The position numbers were made by a program, and so were the translations under genes. Of a stretch of DNA of 64,000 nucleotides, positions 29,241 through 39,572 are shown piece after piece. Each line of letters opens with the position of its first letter. Position 1 is the first letter of the stretch. The notes below the pieces were generated by a model. The model made no database searches. It was not told where the DNA came from and worked only from the letters and a program-made list of their open reading frames with translations. The stretch is from an uncultured delta proteobacterium (GTDB taxonomy: Bacteria; Myxococcota_A; Polyangia; Polyangiales; Polyangiaceae): contig CAWDXG010000001.1 of assembly GCA_963806225.1 (NCBI GenBank), forward strand, positions 1,344,001-1,408,000, read 5' to 3'.

Positions 29241-29945
29241 TCAACTGCTTCCGCGCGCCAGCGCCTCGAGTTGTTCCAGCGAGTCGATCTCGAATCCGTC
29301 CTTCGTCGTGGTCAGGAGGCGATCCTTCTGCCAGCGGCTGACGGTGCGGATGACCGTCTCGACCCGGGCCCCGACCAGCCGGGCCAGCGCGCCTCGCGAG
29401 AGCGGTACCGGGATCCACAGATGTCCCCTTTCGTCCTCGTCGCCGAAGCGGTCGGCCAGGTGCAGGAGCAGCGTGGCAACGCGCTGGGGCACCGTGCCCG
29501 CGCTCATGACGGTGATCTTCGCACGCAGCGCACGCGTGTGATCGAGCAGCGCGCGGTTCAGCGCCTGCGCCAGCTCCGGCTCGCGCGGCAGCGCGGCCAG
29601 TACCGGCTCCGCACGCACGCGCAGCACCTCTACCGTCTCGCTCGCCGTCACGGCGTCGGCTGGATAGCGCCCTTGCTCCATCACCGCGCTGTCGCCCACG
29701 CTCTCGCGCGGTCCGAACAATGCCAGGAGCGAGTCCTCGCCGCCCGGCGTGGGCTGGAGGATCTGGACGAGGCCGCGCTGGATGATGGTGAAATGCGTCG
29801 CTTCGCTTCCCGCGCGCCACAGGTATTCGTTTTCGCCGAAGCGAACGAAGCGGCTCTCGCCCGCCAACAGGCCAAGCCAGCCTTCGCTCAGGCCGTGGAA
29901 GAGCTTCGACGCCCGCAGGCGTCCGATCACGACGGAGGCGTCCAC
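29241..29945 (-). CDS. Second Crp/Fnr-family regulator, paralog of 18647-19363
   Basis: LFGPRESVGD, SAGTVPQRVATLLL, VETVIR helix. GTG start overlaps the end of ctaA. Confidence 0.88.
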   Translation of the reverse strand: MDASVVIGRLRASKLFHGLSEGWLGLLAGESRFVRFGENEYLWRAGSEATHFTIIQRGLVQILQPTPGGEDSLLALFGPRESVGDSAVMEQGRYPADAVTASETVEVLRVRAEPVLAALPREPELAQALNRALLDHTRALRAKITVMSAGTVPQRVATLLLHLADRFGDEDERGHLWIPVPLSRGALARLVGARVETVIRTVSRWQKDRLLTTTKDGFEIDSLEQLEALARGSS

Positions 29946-30946
29946 GCGGGCGAGCCTACTCGTGAACCGGGGCTCGCTGCCAGCGCTGCTGTAGAAAGCA
30001 GGACCAGCGCGATCCACAGCAGCGTGGCCAGGGCGAGGTGGACGAGCTGCATCCAGCCGGGTGCGGACAGCAGGATGTTGACCACCCCTGCTGCGACCTG
30101 CACCAGTACCAGCGCGGCCACGGCGATCGCCCCGCGGCGCACCTCCGCCCCGGCGTGGCGCTGCGGCAGCGCCGAGACCAGGTACAGCAGCAGCGCCGCC
30201 AGCAGCACCGCGCCGAGTGGGTGCACTTCCCGCGCCCGCTGGAGGAAGCCTGCCGTCACGCTGTGATCGGCGGCCAGCCGAGCGGCGATACCTCGAGATT
30301 CGACAACCGGGTGCAGCGTGTCCCCCAGCGCCGTGATCGCCCCCAGCATTGCGACCAGCAGTGTGCCTGCGAGCGCCGGCACCAGCCACCAGTTGAATCC
30401 GCGTGGCCGGAAGCCCCTCGGTGCAGGGCGGTGGGCGCTCCGCGCAGCGATGGCCAGCGCTCCCGTCAAGAGGAAGGTGTTCGCCAGGTGCACCCCCATC
30501 ACCAGCGCGCGCGCCACCGAGTCGTTGTGACCGACGAGCTTCAGCAGCACCAGCGCCGCCCCGACGAGCGCTTCGCCGAGCATGAACGCCATCGCGAACA
30601 GCGACGCACGGCGCGCCAGGTGGCCGCGCGAAAAGCTCCTGAACGCCCACACCAGGAGCGCCACGACCAGGAGCAGGCTGATGCCGGAGGTGACCCGATG
30701 CGTGAGCTCGATGGCCATCTCCACGGAGTGCGGGCGTGGGATCACCTCGCCCTGGCACGTCGGCCAGTGCTGCCCGCAGCCGGCGCCGGACCCCGAGATG
30801 CGCACCCAGGCCCCGAACAGGATCACCAGCACCGTGTAGCCCAGGGTGATCCACGCGAGATGCCCGAATGCGCGTGCCGCGCGGCTGTCTTCTTCCGCTC
30901 TGGAAGAGGCCTGCACGGCGCTGGGAGCGGTGGCTGATCCGGCCAT
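29927..30946 (-). CDS. ctaA: Heme A synthase (COX15/CtaA family)
   Basis: [11 protein letters not shown]ys pair, ELTHR, further conserved His (GVHL, EVHP, LVHL), about 8 TM helices. Confidence 0.85.
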   Translation of the reverse strand: MAGSATAPSAVQASSRAEEDSRAARAFGHLAWITLGYTVLVILFGAWVRISGSGAGCGQHWPTCQGEVIPRPHSVEMAIELTHRVTSGISLLLVVALLVWAFRSFSRGHLARRASLFAMAFMLGEALVGAALVLLKLVGHNDSVARALVMGVHLANTFLLTGALAIAARSAHRPAPRGFRPRGFNWWLVPALAGTLLVAMLGAITALGDTLHPVVESRGIAARLAADHSVTAGFLQRAREVHPLGAVLLAALLLYLVSALPQRHAGAEVRRGAIAVAALVLVQVAAGVVNILLSAPGWMQLVHLALATLLWIALVLLSTAALAASPGSRVGSPAWTPPS

Positions 30947-31033
30947 CGGGCTGGGGCGAGTCCTGCCACGTTCCCGGCACTTCGTCGAGATCCATGGGCT
31001 TATTCGGTCGCGCAGGCCGGTCGTAGATCCATC

Positions 31034-33251
31034 GTGATGAGCGATCCGGGCAACCCACCCGCGAACGACGGCGTCCGTCCGCGTATCGAGGGCGAGATCG
31101 AGACCGAGATCGCACGGCGACAGCGGAAAGGGCCGTTCTTCTACCCGCTGTTGGCGCTCCTCGTCGTGTTCGGGACGCGCTTCCACCGCCAGCACCCGGA
31201 GATCTCCGCCGGGCTGCTCGCGGCGTTGCTGCTTTCGGCGGGGCTGCGGTGGCTCCTGTGGAGGCGTCTGGGCAGGTCCGGGGACAGCCCACCCGCGGGG
31301 CTGCTCGGTCCAGCCCTCTTCCTGCCGGTGTACGCCTGGAGCCTGTTCACCACCGTGACGTTGGCGCTGTACGGCCTGGGCGAGCCGGGTGTGCTGACCA
31401 TCGCCTGCACAGCGGGCATCGCTGCGTCGGGAAGCGCGGGCATCGCGCTCCGTTCACGGCTGCATCTCGCCTACCTGCTTCTGCTGCTGGTGCCGATTGC
31501 CATCGTGCTGCCGCTCACGGCGGGGTCCACCGGCTACGGTGTGGCGTGCGCCTACTGTGTCGGCAGCGCCTACCTGCTCTTCGAGGGACGCCAGGTGCGG
31601 GCGACGTTCCTCAGACTCGTCGGAGGTCGCCTGGAGCTGGAGAAGGCGTGGCAGATCGCGCGCGACGCCAGTACTGCCAAGAGCGAGTTCCTCGCGACCA
31701 TGAGCCACGAGATCCGCACGCCGATGAACGCCGTGCTCGGCATGTCCGGGCTTCTGCTCGACACGGCTCTAAGCGCCGAGCAGCAGGACTACGCCGAGAC
31801 CATCCGCACGTCGGCCCGTTCCCTGCTCGACGTGATCAACGACATCCTCGACTTCTCGCGGATCGAGGCGGGCCGGTTGGAGCTCGAGGAGATCGCGTTT
31901 CCGCTGGAGCCGACCATCGACGCAGCCGTGGAGCTGATCCGCGAGCCCGCACGCCAGAAAGGCCTCGAGCTGGAGACCCGGATCGACCTGGATGTGCCGG
32001 GCTTCGTGCATGGCGACCCGGGGCGGCTCAGGCAGATCCTGCTCAACCTGCTCGGCAACGCCGTGAAGTTCACCGACCACGGCAGCATCCGGATCCGCGT
32101 CAGGCGCGACCGCGATGCCGACGGGCTCCTGCGATTCGACGTGCGGGACACCGGCATCGGCATCCCGACCGACGCGCAGCAGCGCCTTTTCGCCCCCTTC
32201 GAGCAGGCCGACAACTCCACCACCCGCCGCTACGGCGGCACCGGTCTCGGCCTTGCGATCACGCGCCGGCTGGTCGACCGCATGGGAGGCACGATCGCCG
32301 TGGACAGCCAGGTCGGTTGCGGCTCGACGTTCAGCTTCTCGGTGCGGCTGCGGGCGGTGGACGGCGACGCGCTGGAGTCCTCGCGACATCTGAAGGTGGC
32401 GCCGCGCCGGCACTCCCTCGGAGCGCCGCGCGCAGCCAACGGGCCGCCGCGCGTCCTGGTTGTGGAGGATAACGCGGTCAACCAGAAAGTGACCGCGTTG
32501 ATGCTCGAGCGGCTCTCTCTGGCGCCTACTGTGGCGGGCAATGGGCACGAGGCCCTCGCGCTGCTCGAGCGCGCTGATTACGACGTGGTGTTGATGGACT
32601 GCCACATGCCGGACATGGACGGCTTCGAGGCGACGGCGCGCGTGCGGGAGCTGCCCGGCGATCGGGGGCAGGTGCCGATCGTTGCGCTCACGGCCAGTAC
32701 CACCGCAGAGGATCGCGAGCGCTGCATCCGGGCAGGCATGGACGACTTCCTGGCCAAGCCGGTGGACCGGGAACAGCTCGCCGAGGTCGTCGAACGTTGG
32801 TTGTCGCCCCGCGACGCGGCGATGCCGACGTCGCCCCGCGACGCGGCGATGCCGATGTCGCCCCGCGCTCGCACGACCGACGCGGAGCCCGCGCTGCTCG
32901 ACGAGCAGCGCGTCGCGATGCTCGTGGACGACCTCGAGGACGATTCTACTGGCCGAGCTCTTCGATCTCTACGAGCGCGACACCCGGGCCTACGTCGACG
33001 AGATCCTGGGCCATCGCGCCGCTGGGGAACGGACCGGACATGGGCGCGTTGCGCATGCGCTCAAAGGGGCCAGCCTGAACCTCGGAGCCCAGCGTCTGGC
33101 CGCACTCGCCAAGCGGCTCGAGAGCGCAGAGGGTGACGAGCTGGACCAGCTCGTGGAACGGTTGCCGGGCGAGCACGCGCGCACGCTCGAGGCTCTGCAG
33201 CGGCGGTTCGCTCCGCGAGCCGCCGCAGACGGCGAGAAGCTCGCTATGTAG
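31034..33251 (+). CDS. Membrane hybrid sensor kinase HisKA-HATPase-REC-Hpt, with a frameshift before Hpt
   Basis: [33 protein letters not shown]. Hpt motif AHALKGAS lies in the +1 frame after about 32950 and ends at 33251. Confidence 0.85.
32804..32867 (+). repeat. 27-bp tandem repeat (about 2.4 copies, SPRDAAMPx) in the REC-Hpt linker
   Basis: TCGCCCCGCGACGCGGCGATGCCGA(C/T)G repeated. Confidence 0.85.
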
Positions 33252-33284
33252 CAAAATGCCACGATTTCGTGGCATTTTGCTACA
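33247..33284. terminator. Perfect 18-bp inverted repeat between convergent genes; likely bidirectional terminator
   Basis: TGTAGCAAAATGCCACGA-TT-TCGTGGCATTTTGCTACA. Confidence 0.7.
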
Positions 33285-34149
33285 ATCTAAGCAGGTCCAG
33301 GGGCATCTCCGGCATGGCGCCGGGCTGCGAGGCGACGTAGGCGGCGTAGCGATTGGCGCGCTCCGCGACTTCTGCCGGCGCTCTGCCGCCGAGTAGCTGG
33401 TGGACGAGCATGGCGGTGAAAGCGTCGCCGGCGCCGACGCGATCTCCGCTTGACGCATCCACCGGGAAACCGCCGTGCTCCGCGCGGGCGGTGCGCGTGG
33501 CGACGAGCGCGCCGCGCTCGCCGCGTGTCGCGGCTACCAGCTCCACGCCGCGCCCGAGCAGCCAGCCCACCGGATCGGAGGTGGCGTAGCGCTCGGCGAC
33601 GAGCGCGGCCTCGGCTTCGTTCAGCTTGACGACGCGCGCGGCCGACAGCGCGGTGTCCACGACGGCGTGCGTCGCGAAGGGCGGTCGCACGTTGAGATCG
33701 CAGGCGCGCCAGCAGCTTTTCGCGGTATCCGCCAGCGCGGCCCCCAGCGACGCCGACCCGAGCGGAGTGCGCTGCGCCAGCGTGCCGTAGTAGAGCGCGG
33801 GCGCGCTCTCTACGAGCGGCGCCAGCGACAGCGGATACTCGATGCGATCCCAGGCGGCTCCGGAGGCGAGCGTGTAGCGCGGCTCGCCGCCTACCAGCGT
33901 GACGCCGACCGTGCCGGTCGGGCTCTCGGTGTCGATCTGCACCTGGGAGACGTCCACGCCGCTCTGCTCGAGCTGCTGCAACGCCGCGTGACCCGGCTCG
34001 TCGTCGCCGACGCGGCTGACCAGCACTACCGCGTGACCGAGCTGGGCCAGGTGATAGGCGACGTTGGCCGCCGTACCGCCCAGGCGCCGTCCCTCCGGGA
34101 ACAGGTCCCAGAGCAGCTCGCCCCAGCAGACGACGGGCGCGGCCGTCAT
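33280..34149 (-). CDS. PfkB-family carbohydrate kinase (fructokinase-like)
   Basis: GELLWD, GGTAANVA, DLNVR, KLNEAE, DRVGAGDAF. Confidence 0.92.
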   Translation of the reverse strand: MTAAPVVCWGELLWDLFPEGRRLGGTAANVAYHLAQLGHAVVLVSRVGDDEPGHAALQQLEQSGVDVSQVQIDTESPTGTVGVTLVGGEPRYTLASGAAWDRIEYPLSLAPLVESAPALYYGTLAQRTPLGSASLGAALADTAKSCWRACDLNVRPPFATHAVVDTALSAARVVKLNEAEAALVAERYATSDPVGWLLGRGVELVAATRGERGALVATRTARAEHGGFPVDASSGDRVGAGDAFTAMLVHQLLGGRAPAEVAERANRYAAYVASQPGAMPEMPLDLLRL

Positions 34150-34192
34150 GCTTCGATCAGCGTCACGGCGGGACCGCAGCGTCGTCGCGGAT

Positions 34193-34690
34193 TCAGTACA
34201 CGCATTTCGGTTGGCTGCCGCTGCAGGCCTGCGCCACGGCGTGCAGCTCGGTTTCACAGTAGCCGCAGCGCAGCGCCAGATTCCCGTTCTTGTCGCACTT
34301 GACTGCGTCCGGACCGGTCGTCAGAAAACAACGGTAGGCATCGGCCAAAGCGTTGATGCATCCCGCGGGCATGGAGCTGGGGACGCCATTGCAGCCGCAG
34401 TCGGGGCCGGGCGTTCCGGGGCACTGGAGGCTGTTCGTCAGGCGATTGCAGGCCTTGAGGCAGCAGTCCGTGAACCCGCTGCACGTGGGCGGCGGACCTC
34501 CGCCCGTGCCGCCGCTGGACGTGCCGCCGCTGGACGTGCCGCCGCTGGACGTGCCGCCGCTGGACGTGCCGCCGCTGGACGTGCCGCCGCTGGACGTGCC
34601 GCCACTCGACGTGCCGCCACTCTGTACGTTGCCGCCGCACGCCGCGGCGAGGAGTGCGATCGCGGGCCAGCCCAGCATCCGGTAGTGCAT
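34193..34690 (-). CDS. Cys-rich lipoprotein with SSGGT linker
   Basis: Lipobox LAAAC, repeat linker, Cys-rich C-terminus. Confidence 0.75.
   Translation of the reverse strand: MHYRMLGWPAIALLAAACGGNVQSGGTSSGGTSSGGTSSGGTSSGGTSSGGTSSGGTSSGGTGGGPPPTCSGFTDCCLKACNRLTNSLQCPGTPGPDCGCNGVPSSMPAGCINALADAYRCFLTTGPDAVKCDKNGNLALRCGYCETELHAVAQACSGSQPKCVY
34506..34622 (-). repeat. 15-bp tandem repeat (about 8 copies) encoding SSGGT
   Basis: GTGCCGCCGCTGGAC units on the plus strand. Confidence 0.95.
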
Positions 34691-34794
34691 CCGGCGAGGA
34701 TACTCCTGCTCGGCCCTGGACCGAAGCGGCCGGCTTGAACGTGGCGCTGGGCCGTGCTTCGCTCCGGGCGTCGAAAGCCCCGCGGCCACGCAGG

Positions 34795-36024
34795 ATGCAC
34801 AACAAGCTCTATTGGCGGATCGCGTTCGCCCTCGCTCTGACCGGCTGCAACGTGCCGGCGCCGCCGGCTGCCCACGCCACGGATGCCGAGCAGGGTCTCG
34901 TCGTCGTCGAGACCGACTACCAGTCTTCGAATGTCGGCCTTCTCGGCGAGGACGGCAGCGTGCTGTCGCCGTCGCTGGTCTCGTCGGGCAGCGGCGCGAC
35001 GGGGCTCTCGGCGCTGCTTTCCGGAGACACCGTCCTGCCCGGGCCGGCGCTGCACGGCAGCATCGTGGTGATCGATCGCGGCTCGGCTGTCCTCTCCTGG
35101 GTGGATCCGGCGACGGCCCGCGTCACCGCACAGCTCTCGGTGGCCACCGGCTTCCACTCCAACCCCCAGGACTACGTGCAGGCCGCGCCCGATCGCGCCT
35201 ACGTGCCGCGCCTCGAAGGCAACCAGGACCCGGGGCAGGAGCCCTTCGACGGGGGCAACGACGTGCTGGTGATCGATCCGCGCGCACCGCGCATCACCGG
35301 GCGTGTCGACCTGATGCCCGCGATGAAGGGCGAGGACCCGAAGTACCTGCCGCGCGCCAACCGGGTCGTCATGGCCGACGGACAGCTCGACGTGCTCTTG
35401 TCCGGCTACGCCGAGGACTTCTGCGATTCCTCTCCGGAGTCCCGCCTGGCCAGTATCGATCCGGCGACGAACGAGATCGCCGACGTGCTCGTGCTGGCGG
35501 GGTTGCACGGCTGTACCGCCATGTCGCTGTCGCCCGACGGCGGTACCCTCGCCGTCAACTGCTCGGGCTTCCACCAGTGTGGGGATCCAGTGATGGCCGA
35601 GTCTGGCGTGGCGCTGGTGTCGCTCGGCCCGTCGCTTGCGGTCGAACGGCGCTTCGCGGCGACGGATCTCGGGCAGGGCGCGCTCGCTTTCGGCGTCGCG
35701 TGGGCGGGTCCACACACGCTCCTCGTGAGCAGCTTCGGGCGGGAGGCGGACGCCAGCGGTCCGGCGCGGAAGGACTCGCTGCTGGAACTGGATACGACGA
35801 CGGGCGCGCACCGCCTGCTGCTGCAATCGGACGCGTTCGCCCTGGGCGAGGTGCGCTGCGTCTCGGGCAAGGTGTGCTTCGCGGCGGACGCGGGCCGAGG
35901 TGTCGTCTATCGCTTCGGAGTCGATGCGAGCGGGCACCTGGGCAGCGCCGAGCCCGCCCCCATGCACTCGGGCACCGGACTGCCGCCGCGCTATCTGGGC
36001 TGGTTCGACGCTTCGGGCGGGTGA
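34795..36024 (+). CDS. Lipoprotein, probable beta-propeller (YncE-like)
   Basis: Lipobox LTGC, NPQD, repeated VIDP-type blade motifs. Confidence 0.7.
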   Translation: MHNKLYWRIAFALALTGCNVPAPPAAHATDAEQGLVVVETDYQSSNVGLLGEDGSVLSPSLVSSGSGATGLSALLSGDTVLPGPALHGSIVVIDRGSAVLSWVDPATARVTAQLSVATGFHSNPQDYVQAAPDRAYVPRLEGNQDPGQEPFDGGNDVLVIDPRAPRITGRVDLMPAMKGEDPKYLPRANRVVMADGQLDVLLSGYAEDFCDSSPESRLASIDPATNEIADVLVLAGLHGCTAMSLSPDGGTLAVNCSGFHQCGDPVMAESGVALVSLGPSLAVERRFAATDLGQGALAFGVAWAGPHTLLVSSFGREADASGPARKDSLLELDTTTGAHRLLLQSDAFALGEVRCVSGKVCFAADAGRGVVYRFGVDASGHLGSAEPAPMHSGTGLPPRYLGWFDASGG

Positions 36025-36055
36025 CGCCGCGCGCGGATCGCGGCATAAAGGCGCG

Positions 36056-36937
<882 letters not shown>

Positions 36938-37012
36938 TCGCGAGGGCGACGGCAAGCAGAAGCGTGGGCTTGGTCGCCGGGCTTGTGGGTGCTATGGGGC
37001 GGGCCGGCGTCC

Positions 37013-37381
37013 ATGGACATCGTCAACCTCATCGCCCTGGTGCTCGCGCTCGTCTACACGCTCAGGAAGATGGAGGTGCAGCGGCGCGAGCCGGACATGT
37101 ATCCCCAGGTGCCGGCGGAGGAATTCAAGCGCTGGAAGCACAAGGCACTGAAGGCGTACAACATCTCGAGCCTGTCCTGCGTAGTGAAGCTCGCCGCGGA
37201 TCTCGCCTTCTGGTACCTGTACGCCAAGCAGTCCTTTGCGATTCCGGTGGTGGTGTTCGCCGTGGGCGGGACGATCTTCCTGGCCTGGGTGGCCGCGCTC
37301 CTGGTGGGCGCGCTTTTGGCGGGTTCGTCGCGCAAGCTGAGGCTCGAGCTGGGCATCGATCTGCGCGCTCGGGTCCAGTGA
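37013..37381 (+). CDS. Small hypothetical membrane protein
   Basis: Three hydrophobic segments, host-like codon usage. Confidence 0.65.
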   Translation: MDIVNLIALVLALVYTLRKMEVQRREPDMYPQVPAEEFKRWKHKALKAYNISSLSCVVKLAADLAFWYLYAKQSFAIPVVVFAVGGTIFLAWVAALLVGALLAGSSRKLRLELGIDLRARVQ

Positions 37382-37664
37382 CCCCGGCAAACAGGGCAAG
37401 CGGAGCTCCGGGGCGGACCACTGGGAAGGCGCGCCGCCACCCGACCGTAGATAGTGACGTGATGGGTGACAGTCGGCCCGCCTTCACCTTCGGCATCCTG
37501 CTCTCCGGTCTTCTCGCGGCCGAGGCGGAGGTCCAGGCTGCGCCCGCCCCGCGCCGCCGCCGCCCGCTCAGGGCCCGCTCCGGCACGTACCCGAACCCCT
37601 CCCGCACGCCCGTCTCCGAAGCTCCGGGCCCCCGGCCCGGTCCGGACGCGCCGTCCGCGACGCG

Positions 37665-38378
37665 CTAGCCCTGCAGCGCCGGCGGGGAGCCGCCGAGGCC
37701 GGACCACAACAGGCCCAGCTGCTGCTGGTAGGCCTGCCGGATGCGTTCCGGCTGGTTGCAGCACATCCACAGCGGGACGCCGAAGAAGATGCTGACCAGC
37801 GCAAGCAGCGCGGCATCGAGATCCGCCGCAGTGGGCAGCTCGCCGAGCTCGACCGCCCGCTCGAGCGCGGGCCGGAACACATGCTCCAGCTGCACGTCGG
37901 GGAGGCTCTCCACGCACTTCTGGTCCGGGAAGGCCTGCCGGCATTCGGCCAGCGTGAGCTCGGTCGTCCCCTGGCAGGTGTTGCCATGCGGGTCCAGAGC
38001 CATGTGGCCAATGATTTCCTGCATGATCCTGGGGTGCTCCGCCAGCTCGCGCCCCGTGGACTGGAAGATGTGCTCGATGAACGCCAGCCCGGCGCCCTCG
38101 CCGACCGCCTCGCGCGCCTTGAGCGTGACCTCGAGCGTCCAGATCCGGATGTAGTAGTGGAGCAGGTCGTCCTTCTTCGGGAAGTAGTTGAAGAAGGTCG
38201 CCTCGCAGATCTGCACCTCTTCGCACAGCTCCTTGACCGTGATGTCGGACAGGGGCTTTTCGCGAAGCTTCTCGATGGCGGTCTCCAGAAGCGCCAGCTT
38301 GGTCCGGGCGTATTTCCGCTCGCGGAGCGAAAGCCGCGGGGGCCTGGAGTCGTGGAGAGCTGTACCGGGGCTGGTCAT
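37665..38378 (-). CDS. TetR-family regulator
   Basis: SLRERK, ITVKELC, TFFNYFPKKDDL HTH. Confidence 0.92.
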   Translation of the reverse strand: MTSPGTALHDSRPPRLSLRERKYARTKLALLETAIEKLREKPLSDITVKELCEEVQICEATFFNYFPKKDDLLHYYIRIWTLEVTLKAREAVGEGAGLAFIEHIFQSTGRELAEHPRIMQEIIGHMALDPHGNTCQGTTELTLAECRQAFPDQKCVESLPDVQLEHVFRPALERAVELGELPTAADLDAALLALVSIFFGVPLWMCCNQPERIRQAYQQQLGLLWSGLGGSPPALQG

Positions 38379-38609
38379 TCGTCGGGGTGGGGCTCGGACC
38401 GCCCCCCGGATCGGTCCTCACAAGAGCATAATACCCGACGCCTGGACCGCGAGCCCATTGTAGTGGGTTTTGCTGACATCCGTTGGCCGACGACCCGCTG
38501 CGTCATGCGTTTTCCCGGGCGCCTTGGCCCGCTTGCCTGCGGTCAAGTCGCGTCAGAGCGGCCGTCGGTCGCGGGCCGGACCGCGGAAAAGGAGTGGCCG
38601 CCTGGCGGC

Positions 38610-39050
38610 TCAGCCCCAGAAGCCCCGCACCGAAGTCACGTAGATGCCAAGTCCGCCGGTGAGCAGGCACAGCGCGGCGGCGAGCGCGTACACGATTGCC
38701 GCGGAACGGCGCAGTCCGGTCGCGTGCCGCGGTGCAGCCAGCGCCGCGACCAGCGCGCCCAGAGCAAGGCACACGACGGCGAGCGCGAGGTGCTCCTTCG
38801 TCTCGAACAGCATGCCGGCGTGCAGGTTGGTGCGGAACAGCGCGCGCTTCACCAGGTTGCGGTAGTCCGCGTAGATGGCGATCCCGGCCGAGTACGCCAG
38901 CACGGTGAACGCCGTCGACAGCGACACGGCCCAGCGACTGCGGTAGCCAAGCGGCTTGCCCGTCCGCAGCACGATTGCCGGGTGGATCAGCGCCGCCGCG
39001 GCCAGCATGCCGAGGTGGCCGTGGATGGATTGCAGCACGCGGATGTACAT
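38610..39050 (-). CDS. Hypothetical 4-TM His-containing membrane protein
   Basis: HGHLG, IHPA, FETKEHL. ATG overlaps the upstream stop. Confidence 0.7.
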   Translation of the reverse strand: MYIRVLQSIHGHLGMLAAAALIHPAIVLRTGKPLGYRSRWAVSLSTAFTVLAYSAGIAIYADYRNLVKRALFRTNLHAGMLFETKEHLALAVVCLALGALVAALAAPRHATGLRRSAAIVYALAAALCLLTGGLGIYVTSVRGFWG

Positions 39051-39391
39051 CACGGGAATACGAACGCCGCGACGGCGACCAGTGGGACCAGGATCAGCGC
39101 GGCGACAGCGAGCCGTCGCGCGCGCCGCTCGTCGGAGGGATCGCGCTCGTCGCGCATGAAGTGGAGGAACGACAGTAGCGCGAGCATCAGCCCCCACCAC
39201 ACCGCCACGGCGACCCGCCAGTAGTACACGGTGTGCAGCGTGCGCAGGATCAGCATCGGGTTCGACGCCTCGCCGCGCGCATACTCGTACAGCCGTTCGG
39301 CGGCATAGGTCACCGGCGCGCCGATCGCGAACACCAGCGCCGCCGCCGCGATCGCCCCGCGGCGGCGCTCGCTGTCAGTCGCCGGCGTCAT
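39050..39391 (-). CDS. Hypothetical membrane protein
   Basis: About three TM segments, overlaps its neighbours. Confidence 0.65.
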   Translation of the reverse strand: MTPATDSERRRGAIAAAALVFAIGAPVTYAAERLYEYARGEASNPMLILRTLHTVYYWRVAVAVWWGLMLALLSFLHFMRDERDPSDERRARRLAVAALILVPLVAVAAFVFP

Positions 39392-39572
39392 CGCGTTCTT
39401 CCTCGTCTTTCTTGGCTTCGCTGTCGTCCGGCGGCTCGCGGCGGCGGCGGCGCGGCAGGAGCGCAAACGCCGTCAGCATGCTGGCCCCCACGACGGTGAG
39501 CCCCAGCAGCACCTCCACCGTGCTGCCGCTCGAGCCGTTGCCGAGCGGGCGCTGGCTGCGCGGTGCGTTCAT
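39375..39572 (-). CDS. Small single-TM protein (65 aa)
   Basis: ATGA overlap with the upstream gene, TM followed by RRRRR and an acidic tail. Confidence 0.5.
   Translation of the reverse strand: MNAPRSQRPLGNGSSGSTVEVLLGLTVVGASMLTAFALLPRRRRREPPDDSEAKKDEEERDDAGD

Noticed and set aside
37462..37668. Small ORF MGDSRPAFTFG... between the membrane gene and tetR
   Set aside because: No clear RBS or recognisable motif and low complexity, so it cannot be supported.
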